A DNA stretch of 63,451 nt, counting the filler, from Pelomyxa schiedti (lineage: Eukaryota > Protista > Evosea), in the NCBI GenBank assembly GCA_020536535.1. It is 12 parts of 12 records of this genome, joined end to end, with 100 filler letters (N's around TTAATTAATTAA, not from the genome) between each part and the next. Parts side by side here need not be neighbours in the genome. Positions count along the whole stretch, not along the records: positions 54,361 to 57,496 come from JAHLWZ010001820.1; positions 57,597 to 58,825 come from JAHLWZ010002674.1; positions 58,926 to 61,157 come from JAHLWZ010002058.1; positions 61,258 to 63,451 come from JAHLWZ010002082.1; 8 more parts are not named here. One strand, given 5' to 3'. The notes beneath the pieces are model-generated. The model was not told the DNA's origin. It saw only the letters and a program-made list of their open reading frames with translations, and ran no database searches. Shown here one piece after another: positions 54,361 to 63,451 of this stretch (its first letter is position 1; the number at the start of each line of letters is the position of its first letter). Both the position numbers and the translations under genes were made by a program.

Positions 54361-56614
54361 TGGATTTGTATATTTGGTTTTACTCTCCCTCAGATAGAGC
54401 TGTGAACAAAGGAGGAGTACCGTGGAAGTGGAGATATACAAGCCTCGGTGTGAATATCTTCACATATGTACTTGTCACGGTAATTGCGCTTGTCACTGGA
54501 AACCTTAAGAGGAAAGCACACAACCATAGTGACAGCTCAAATTTTTACTGTGAGTGCTCAGATCCCGTGGATGTCTTAGAAAGTACTTTTGTATCCCCGG
54601 TTCCTTGTTGATCAACTGCTTCACAGATACACTTCTCCTGGTGGTTACAATTTCCTTCCTCATTGTGGCATTCGCTGGATATCGGGTGATCCCTCCACTA
54701 GAGTATATACAAATTAACACCCCCGTAGATAACCCGACAATGCTACCAGGAATTGGTTGAGAAGAAGTCAAAGATTCTCTTAGTACTTTTAGTCTTAATA
54801 AGTATTGGATGTTTCTATAGAGCACGTATGTCTCTCCAGTTGAGAACCCTGGCTTACAGTTTATTTCAGTGAATGACGTTGTCACGGCTATATGGCCAAT
54901 GTCACCCATGTCGGGGAAGGCAAACAATTATTCCTCAATGGCCAAGGAGGTGATGCCTTGTTATGCAATTGTGGTTGCTGTTTTTGTCCTGCACAAACAA
55001 AAGCCATGCGAGGTCTGTGCCTTTAATTGCTTTTTTTTCTCCTTTAAAGGTTTGTCATTTGTACAGTGTTGTGAGGATGACATTACAAAGGATCCTGCAT
55101 TCAAGGTTCTCCTTAACACTACACTACACCGCCTGTTGATCCATCTATTTAACAGGAAGTTCGTGGGCTTCAGAACTTAGAGATAATAGGTTCCGGCAGC
55201 TATGGGACTGTATACTCTGCAACAATTGGTGGGAGCCATCCCATTCTCTTGCGATCTAATGCCTTCAAAGAAAAGAAAGGAAGAAACCACCAAGTGGCTG
55301 TGAAAATTCTAAAGGCACAACCAAGAGGGGAAGAAAAAAACGAAATTTTGGTATACAACCTTTCACCCCACTTTTCGTACTAACATCCTTCCAGCGTCTT
55401 GGACAACTTTGGCACCGCAATATTGTCAACCTATGGGGTTGGACAAAAATTGCAAATGAACTGGGAATCGTGCTTGATTTTGCAGCGAGGGGAAGCGTGC
55501 GGAAAGTCCTGAGCAATTCCAAAGAAATGTATTTGCAATTGTGTGTTCGGGTCAGAATGGCATTGGATATTGCCACTGGAATGGCCTTTGTTCACTCAAA
55601 GAATTTGATCCACAGGGACCTCAAGGTAATACCGGCTTCCAACTGCAGCACTCTTAACAATATTTCCTAGCCTGAAAATATTCTTGTGGATGAAAATTTT
55701 TCCTGCAAGATCTGCGACTTCGGGAGTGCGATTGACGTGCAGTATTCTTCTTCATGTCATTCTACTTCCGGCACAACTCCTGGATTTTCGGTACCATTTT
55801 AATTGTACTTTCTTCACCGAAGATACAGTAACGCTCACTCCACCACAGTCCCCAGACGTTATTGTATCTGGTGCACACTACACCCGTAAGAAACAATTTT
55901 CTGTTGTAATTCTGTTGCTGAAGTTGCCCAGAACAATTTGATGTATTTTCATATTCTATGGTGCTTTGGGTTCTACTCAACCACGGTGGTCATCCATTCA
56001 GCGAAGAGCTGAGGGATATCCCTGTGGAACAACGCCATCGATGGTTTATGGATGCAGCAAAAGCGCAGTACCGGCCATCAATTCCGCACCAGGCAGACCC
56101 GGAGATGCAAACGTTGGTCTGTTTGTACAAACTTCATCTTACTTTACATTAATTCCTTATCCTACAGCTTGTTCGCTGCTGGGCCCAAGATCCCACAGCC
56201 AGACCCACATTCACTGAAATTGTTACAATTCTGACTACCTATTGTACCAACAGGCGCTACACACGCCAAGCCGAGTATCTCATAACTCAGCGGACTCAGC
56301 ATCAACCAACATATACTACTACTACTACTACTACCTGCGGAGCAACCTTTCAAGAAAGTAACATTCGCTTGCTTGAGGGCATCAGTGCACTCGGGGATCG
56401 AGATTCCAACAAAGTAAACACCCAGGATCTGACTGATGTGCGTGTCGATCCCAAAACACCCATTGGACTACCAGAGGAATACAGCTGCGGCGATGGCGAT
56501 AGCATGGTTAACCCATCAACACCACAGAGGAATTACGGCACAATTCCCACAACCAAGAGTGTCAACAACTGTGACACCAAAACACCTGGGTGCAATAAAA
56601 ACACCAGCCACTAA
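54361..56614 (+). CDS. Multipass membrane protein fused to a TKL-group protein kinase, 5' partial
   Basis: At least 3 hydrophobic segments, then IIGSGSYGTVY, VAVKIL, HRNIV, IHRDLK|PENILVD, ICDFG, DVFSYSMVLW, CWAQDPTARPTF. Confidence 0.88.
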
Positions 56615-57059
56615 CTTCAAAACAATCCTGCATGTGTGTTATGGAAATGTTCTTAAAAAGAAGCTTCTGTTTGTTAGAACCAGTGAGTTAGTTTGCCCAG
56701 CAGTGAACTGTTGATGCTGGGGGTTGTGTGCACTCCTCAGAAGTGATGAGTGACATGATGGCCTCCTCCACATTCGTTCCCTCCTTGGATGATGTCTCCC
56801 TGTGTTGTGCTTAGTTGATTGTGCGATTAATCGGTGAAACACACCAGACACTGTTTGGCGTGGCTGAATTCCACTTGCCGGTTCGGGGTGGCCATGTCCA
56901 ACTGAAACGAATACAAGCGCAAGGTTGAAATTGATTTAAATGAGAAAGAAAAAATGAGGGAGGTTTCACCTTGGTGCCAACACAAGTAAGTTATTTTTTG
57001 TCAGTTGTATTACAGTAAATGTACATGGACGTGTAACTATTGTGAATCTATTTATTTCT

Positions 57060-57496
57060 TGTAATTATAGGGTTTCTTCGGTAACAATAACCTTTCTCCA
57101 CTATAAAAGTCCCACTCGAGAAAACACTGAGATAATGCAAAAGGAGGAGAAAAAGGTCTACAATTTGCGTTTTAATTAATTAATGCACTGTCCTGATTTT
57201 CTTTTTGTCAATGAACAAATTATTAGAGATAGACAAAAACAAGAAAATAAGTAAGAATAGTAAAAGAGAAAAGAAGAGAATACGATACGCACGAAATCCA
57301 CGCCAACGGTCCTTGTGCAACACGGAAAGTCGTAGTCCTTATCAATTGGAACTTGTTAATAACAATGGTTCATACCACAAAAGAGAGGGAGGAAGAAGAG
57401 GGAAAAAATAGTGCACTTTTGCCGACGCCTGGGTCACCATCACGCGCGGAGTCTAATAACGTAGTCGCTACATACACACTTAAAGTTAGTATGATA
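57060..57496 (-). pseudogene. Degenerate Rab-like small GTPase fragment
   Basis: GDPGVGKSAL, RTVGVDF and EWDFYSGER, with apparent frameshift and stop. Confidence 0.35.
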
Positions 57497-57596
57497 NNNN
57501 NNNNNNNNNNNNNNNNNNNNNNNNNNNNNNNNNNNNNNNNTTAATTAATTAANNNNNNNNNNNNNNNNNNNNNNNNNNNNNNNNNNNNNNNNNNNN

Positions 57597-58086
57597 CAGT
57601 GTATACCTTGAGAGATGTCAGAACCTCCGAAGTCGCGACGCTGGTGACGCTGAACTTGTCAAAAAAGTAGCCATCATCCTCGACAATTTCCTTCGACAAC
57701 ACACAGAACGGGTTGGCACAAACGAAGCTTACTTTCGGAGGCGGCTGCAAGAAACGCACGTCGCTCGTGACGGCGCCCATGAGTGGCGACACTCCAAACG
57801 CAATTCCAATGCCACGGCTGTATGCAGAAGACATGAGGAAGAACCACCTCGTCGGGGCATGGGAGATCCAGTCCCACAGCACCCTGATGGCACCCAATGA
57901 ATCACATTGTGCTGGTGGCGGCCTACGGACCGCTTCTTCCCACGGATCCGACGACAGGTCTTGTGCGCGTTGCATGCCGCAGCGGGGATGTGCGCACATC
58001 AAAATGGCAGCGAATTGATCCTTGACCCTGAGAGATGCGCACGATGAGCCCTCTGGTATCGTCGTGTCGCTCGCCGTTGAGTCCAT
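57597..58086 (-). CDS. Member of the 'QFxA..RCG' family, 3' cut by contig end
   Basis: VKDQFAAILMCAHPRCG, RVLWDWI, GVSPLMGAV. Confidence 0.7.
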
Positions 58087-58189
58087 CACGTCCGCGTTGC
58101 TTTCGTGTACAAACAACGTTAGTTTCTGATGTTGTATCTGAGATGATTCTCACAAGCGGTTGGTTGGTAACCCAGGTGAAAGGTGTGTA

Positions 58190-58708
58190 GGAGCAAAACT
58201 GACCAGTAAATCACACAAACAAACTACGGAGCCACATGAGAACCTTTACTCTACCTTTCCCAGGGTGTGCAGGAGAGGGAACCACACCCTCAGATTAATT
58301 AGTACGGCGAGTGGTTTTGTGTCTTGCGAAGACAAAGAAGGGAGTTGGTTTTTTTTTTGGATTGTGTGAATGTCGCAAACCGACACGTCGGCGCCGTCTC
58401 CCACAAGGTCTACTGTAACACCGACAACTAGTACCACCGGTGGACATGGGAATCGACTTCTTTTGATTGATCTGACTACGAGAGTCGTGTCGGTTCATGT
58501 GAGTGAGGCTCCGTTTTTTTTTTGTTTTTAATTAAATGTACAAAAGTGACCAAACTTTTGTTGGTTTAATAGTGTTAACAGGTGTTACCAGTGGAATGGA
58601 GCAGAGACTTCATTGGTTCCCTCTCCTGCACACCCTGGGAAAGGTAGAGTAAAGGTTCTCATGTGGCTCCGTAGTTTGTTTGTGTGATTTACTGGTCAGT
58701 TTTGCTCC
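58190..58708. repeat. Perfect inverted repeat: 95-bp arms (58190-58284 / 58614-58708), 329-bp spacer
   Basis: Direct reverse-complement comparison. Confidence 0.95.
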
Positions 58709-60638
58709 ACGTCCACATAGAGAAGAAAGGAACGTGGGCCACTGTTCTTGTTCTTCCTGAGAATGAGCCCAGAGTCAATACGAGGTTCTCCAGATGCACC
58801 TGATGAAAGCGACGCAGTCGTCGTGNNNNNNNNNNNNNNNNNNNNNNNNNNNNNNNNNNNNNNNNNNNNTTAATTAATTAANNNNNNNNNNNNNNNNNNN
58901 NNNNNNNNNNNNNNNNNNNNNNNNNCCCTTGTTGCAACACAACCACAAACGGTGATAGGAACACGAGACTACCAAAACGAAACATGTCTCCAAAACAACA
59001 TCACAAAAAGAGGAACCCCGTTTCCGCTTGATTTTTTTCAAAAAGAAACTTCGACCCATAATAGCGATGCAGGGACAATTTTTTGTCAGAAACGGCGGCA
59101 TAGAGCGTGAATCCCGGACACACAGGGATGGTGTACGGGGGATGAGAAGGATAGTGCGGCGGGGGGTGGGGGCTGTGGACCCCCTCAACGTGCGGCGACA
59201 CCCTCACCCTCGGACCCCTCCATTCTCCCACCATCCCTAGTGTGTCCTTCGGTCCGTCTGGTGGTCCCCACAAGGCAGAGTCAGGCTCCTCAGCAGATTC
59301 GGAAAAGGCAAACCACCCGGGGTTTCCTCTGGTCCTCACACTCGGGTGGGGGCCAGTTCCTTTTGCTCTTTTTTTCTATTGGGAAAGTAGTTATGCTACA
59401 ATGGTGCTAGAATTCGAGATCTACTGTGCAGCTCGATTGGACTTAGAGTTAAAGATATTGGCCCCATGTATCAGATTCTGGTCCCTGTAACTATGAGGAT
59501 CAACATGGAGATACATAATAATCCCAAGCCGGAGTTCCAGCTCTTGTTGTTCATGGCACACTGGTCAAACTTCAATTTCTCAGTACATTTTTATTGTGTC
59601 ATTGTATCACTTGGCATCACCAACATTTGGTTAGATTCACCCTGTAACCCTTTTTTTGTGGCTGGTTGTGCCGCTTCATTGTTTCACTGGCAGATCCTTG
59701 GCTCACAAGATATGAATACACCCACAATGGTGTTGAGACTGTTGTTTGTAAAAACTGGAGGCAAAACTGAAGGTCCAGTAAGAGACTTGATCCATGATTG
59801 CTGTGGCAAAGGTACCTCCCCTCCGTGGCTCCTCACCACAATTACAAAAAAAAAAAAACAACTACAGTGGAGATGGTAGCAGACGATACGACGACACAAG
59901 GCAGATCTTACATGGGTGCTGTGTTGCACTGTGCGTTGTCGTAGAGTGTCTGGAGTGTGGTGTGGTGTGGTGGTTGGTGTGTGATACTGAGTGAGGTTGT
60001 GATGTGCGACACACTGAGGGATGGATGGGAATATATTTGGGAAGCGGTGATTCAATTCAAGCACTCTCAATTCTACAGCAAAAGCCAAAATCGGGGGCAG
60101 CAGCAGTCTTCAAACCCAGTAGGTTCCGCCAACAATTAATTTACACTCACTTTGCTTAGGCCGTTTCCACCAGAGAGCGCTCTCAATCCCAGTGGGGGAG
60201 AATTGTGAAGCTGAACTTGACGGATTATGACAAACCCAAACTCCTGTTTGCAGGCTTGTATGATTCAGATGCAGTGTGACGCAGACAATCACAGGCGGCA
60301 TTTCCGCAAATTTCACGCCATCCAGTTGGTCATCATAAAAAAAGAAAAAACACTTTTTTTTTTTTTCCTGCAGGAATTAGTTGTTGTGGTCCAACTGGTT
60401 CTTGAAGGAACAAGTTTTCCTTTGTAAGCTCAAGTGGAAAGGCAGGCACAGAAGGGAATTAGGTAGGGCGGTGGTCAACAGTGGGGGTCCCACGATGACG
60501 GCAGTCAACAATGTGAGGTCCACGGCAATCGTGGTCAACATTGGGAGCTCCACAGTTGCGGTGTGCAATGGTGAGAGGTCCCCAGTGATGGTGAGCTCCA
60601 CAACAACAGTGCGTGGTTGTGTTGGGATGGGGGAGGCG

Positions 60639-60682
60639 GTGGGGCAATGCAATTGTGGGGCAATGCAATTGTGGGGCAATGC
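60639..60682 (+). repeat. 16-bp tandem repeat GTGGGGCAATGCAATT x2.75, adjacent to a degenerate ~30-bp repeat array (about 60470-60605)
   Basis: Direct reading of the sequence. Confidence 0.85.
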
Positions 60683-61258
60683 CAGTGATCTCTAGTTTGA
60701 GTGCATCCTCACCCATCACTGACAGATGTGTTGTCACACAACAACCGGTGGTGCCAGGTAGCTTGCCATTGGCACATGAAGTAAGTACAGGGGCCTGTGG
60801 GTCTTCAAGTCTGTGGGTCAGTTCGAGTTCCAAAGAGAAGTACACATCCCTTGTTTTATGTCATAGCATTTAATAAAAACAGAACCAGGAAAAAGTGCAA
60901 ACAAGTGGGCAGGCAATTCCAAAGCAATCCCATCACTGTGTTAAAGGAGGGAGGTGCTTATAAATCTTTACAAGTTGAATGTGGTTTATCATATGGATAC
61001 TCCTTGGCGCTGTGGAAACTGTTTCATCAGCAGGGGGAGGATGCAGCACAAGCTAAACTACAAAAATCTTTTACTCGGCATTTCATCCCTAAGTGAGTCC
61101 ACTGCTTTTTTACTTTATTTTCACAGATTATTTAGCTCAAAGAATAAAGCTGTGTGCNNNNNNNNNNNNNNNNNNNNNNNNNNNNNNNNNNNNNNNNNNN
61201 NTTAATTAATTAANNNNNNNNNNNNNNNNNNNNNNNNNNNNNNNNNNNNNNNNNNNNT

Positions 61259-61375
61259 GATGAAGCACATGAACGGTCTCTCCACACTGATATTGTTCTT
61301 GGTATATGCAAGCAAGTTCGGAAACAACGAACCAAAGATTTTTACATTGTAGTGGCTTCGGCCACTATTGATGAG
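61259..61375 (+). pseudogene. DEAH-box RNA helicase fragment (motifs II-III), truncated
   Basis: DEAHERSLHTDIVLGICKQVRKQRTKDFYIVVASATIDE. This N-terminal part is absent from the ORF track, whose ORF starts only at 61352. Confidence 0.75.
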
Positions 61376-63037
61376 TCAAGTCGAAAAAGACGAAGAAAGG
61401 ACGCGGGTGACAGTTGGGTGCCATGTGCCATGGAAGGACATTGTGAGAATGAGAGCCCCAGAGCGCCAGTCCTGCACCTCAACCACGTCGTCTTCAACAT
61501 GTATCAGTGTACCGGCTTCAGAAAACATTTTCGTGAGCGGCGCACTTGGTAGTTTGCAAGCAACGGTTCTGAGCGGCTTCGTGGCGTGGGATTCCCAGAT
61601 GTCGAAGCGGTTGACCATGGACACACAGAAGTGCCCCGCGTCCAACTGCGTGACTGCTGTGGCGTTGCCGCAAATGTGCACGCACTGACAGGATGTCGCG
61701 GGTTCTGCCACTTCGAGGCGGAACACGTCGCCGTCAATGTGACCTTTGTATTGGCTCTTCACGATGAAGGTGTATGTGTGGTTCCGGCTGCTGGTCTGAC
61801 CCTGACCGCCACCACGTGTTCCGGAGTGGAACACGAGTCCTGAGTCCAGCGTTTGGCCAGCGGGGAGCACGAACCGCACCGTGCATGTGGATGCAACGGT
61901 TTGGTTGCTGAACGTCTCCTCCAGGTCAATCAGGTCGAGTTCCATTTTCCCTCCGGCAAGCTCTATTGCCACAACCGCCTCGTCAGCATTGGCGCAGTTG
62001 AAGAAAAAGGCGGCCTTGTTGTAGACATCACCTTCAACGGTCATAAAGTCTGAATAGCAGGGCACAACAGCTTTTCTCGCCAGGTTTGCGACGTGCAGCG
62101 TTGATTCCTTGAAGTTGTAGCACAGCCACCACTTGTGGTTAGCGGCGTGCTGTGTATACGAGGCGCCGGACTCCATCAGAAGCCACACGTCACCCCGCAT
62201 TGCGTCCATCAGCGCGTATCTGCACCTGCGGCCCCCGAGCATCTCCTTCTTCACAATGTTCAAGTGAGAGCGCCCAGCGGAAGTCACGTTTCGGCAGCGG
62301 AATGCCTTCACGCATAACTCGCGTGGTTCGGCGAGAACACCCAGAGTAAGCGCAGAAATTCCAAAGTGAAGCACGTGGAACTTTGGGTTCATGAGGCACA
62401 CATAGAACGAGACGCGGGACTCCCTGACCAGCTCCCACAAGTACTGCGGGAGACCCTCGTGCCTCCAAATAAGCCTCGCGGCGGCCCTCGCCCCGCACCT
62501 GGGGTGGCACGCGGCCGCGAGCGCCGCGACCTGCGCCCGCCCGCCGACCCCGACGCCGTACGTGGGCGCGGGCACGGGCACCACAGGCTGAGTGATGAAG
62601 CTCAGGTTGGTGTGCCTCCACCGCCCGTGTACCCTGCGCCTGTTCCTGAGGACCGGCCCGGGCTGCTCCTCGGCGGCGAGCGGGGTCCCGCAGCCCGGGA
62701 GCACGACGGGGATGGGCACCTGCGGCTGCAGAGGGGGCTTGGCGGGGAGCAGGCGGCGGTACGCCGCTCGCTGGCGCTCCAGCAGGTCCCTCTCCTCGGG
62801 TGAGGGGTAGAACGACTTGGTCCTGCCGAAGCGCATCTTGGGCGGCGGGGGGTGCTGGGCAGTCGCCTCCTCCTCCTCCTCCTCCTCATTGCGTTGTGCC
62901 ATTTCTTTCTTCGCGTCTTGGTGGTGGTGGTAGTACTCATCTGGGCCTATGTCCTCTTGTTGCACAACACTGCCGTGACCGTAACCGTGGCAGTAACCCT
63001 CGGACCGCCTCGACGTCGACGAGTGCCACAGCCCCAT
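61376..63037 (-). CDS. Intronless member of the 'QFxA..RCG' family with a long low-complexity N-terminal extension
   Basis: GRAQVAALAAACHPRCGARA, QYLWELV, ISALTLGV, NHKW, IDLEETFSNQTV. Confidence 0.8.
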   Translation of the reverse strand: MGLWHSSTSRRSEGYCHGYGHGSVVQQEDIGPDEYYHHHQDAKKEMAQRNEEEEEEEATAQHPPPPKMRFGRTKSFYPSPEERDLLERQRAAYRRLLPAKPPLQPQVPIPVVLPGCGTPLAAEEQPGPVLRNRRRVHGRWRHTNLSFITQPVVPVPAPTYGVGVGGRAQVAALAAACHPRCGARAAARLIWRHEGLPQYLWELVRESRVSFYVCLMNPKFHVLHFGISALTLGVLAEPRELCVKAFRCRNVTSAGRSHLNIVKKEMLGGRRCRYALMDAMRGDVWLLMESGASYTQHAANHKWWLCYNFKESTLHVANLARKAVVPCYSDFMTVEGDVYNKAAFFFNCANADEAVVAIELAGGKMELDLIDLEETFSNQTVASTCTVRFVLPAGQTLDSGLVFHSGTRGGGQGQTSSRNHTYTFIVKSQYKGHIDGDVFRLEVAEPATSCQCVHICGNATAVTQLDAGHFCVSMVNRFDIWESHATKPLRTVACKLPSAPLTKMFSEAGTLIHVEDDVVEVQDWRSGALILTMSFHGTWHPTVTRVLSSSFST

Positions 63038-63451
63038 TTTTTTTTTGTTTTTGTCCCTCTGTGTAATTGGCCAAACGGCTCAAGTTACCAGTGGGGTTTG
63101 CAAAAGTCGTTGAAAAAATTTTGACCAAAAAGATTGACTTGGGCAGAGGACGGGTGGTGTTGGCCGCAGAAAAGTCGCAGGCAACTCGGGGGGTTGGAGT
63201 CCAAACAAGGAAACCCCAACCCCAACATCCGTAACAACCAACTTTCGCCTGCGAGATCGGTTGTTCTATTTATTGTGGTGGTGCTGTGGCAGTGCTGCCG
63301 GCGAGCGCTACTGTTGATTCTGGCGGATGCCAGCGGGCATTTTGGCACACCGGCAGAGTTTTGTTTGGTTGCGGCATGTGTGCTGTCGTGATACTGGTGG
63401 GTGCTGGTGAATGCTGAGTGTGGCCGGCAAGCAGTGGTACTGTGGATCAGG

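Noticed and set aside
57172-57183. TTAATTAATTAA without flanking Ns
   Set aside because: Lies in AT-rich intron-like sequence and is most likely chance.
60470-60682. Possible CRISPR-like array
   Set aside because: No constant repeat with unique spacers, no cas genes, and a eukaryotic context.

Overview
Gene-dense, intron-rich eukaryotic (protist) DNA. The gene content and an expanded lineage-specific family suggest an anaerobic amoebozoan such as Pelomyxa; this assignment is an inference and has not been verified. The window is not contiguous. Twelve contigs are joined by eleven artificial N44-TTAATTAATTAA-N44 linkers, and six 100-N gaps lie within contigs, five of them with ~120-bp duplicated flanks. 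Recognisable genes: an SDR lacking its catalytic residues, UPF1, a PH-RasGEF, a Rab7-like GTPase, an LNR-repeat secreted protein, a long-chain acyl-CoA synthetase, thioredoxin, a signal-peptide agmatine deiminase/PAD (5' part), a WW-WW-RING-like-WW-Rac fusion, a LamG surface protein, a LysM protein, a spliced bacterial-type YgeW carbamoyltransferase, an ankyrin protein, an LRR dual-specificity phosphatase, DDX46/Prp5, a Sel1 fragment, a Sec24 pseudogene, a multipass-membrane TKL kinase, and tRNA-Arg(TCG) and tRNA-Gly(TCC). The most notable observations are: (1) an intron-containing ygeW, hinting at a laterally acquired anaerobic purine/urate catabolism route; (2) at least seven intronless copies of one uncharacterised family with a Q-F-x-A...R-C-G N-terminal motif, with signs of duplication or insertion; (3) three long fold-back inverted repeats; (4) a candidate structured ncRNA upstream of ygeW; (5) the WW/RING-Rac fusion. 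Exon boundaries were read by eye, so CDS spans include introns.
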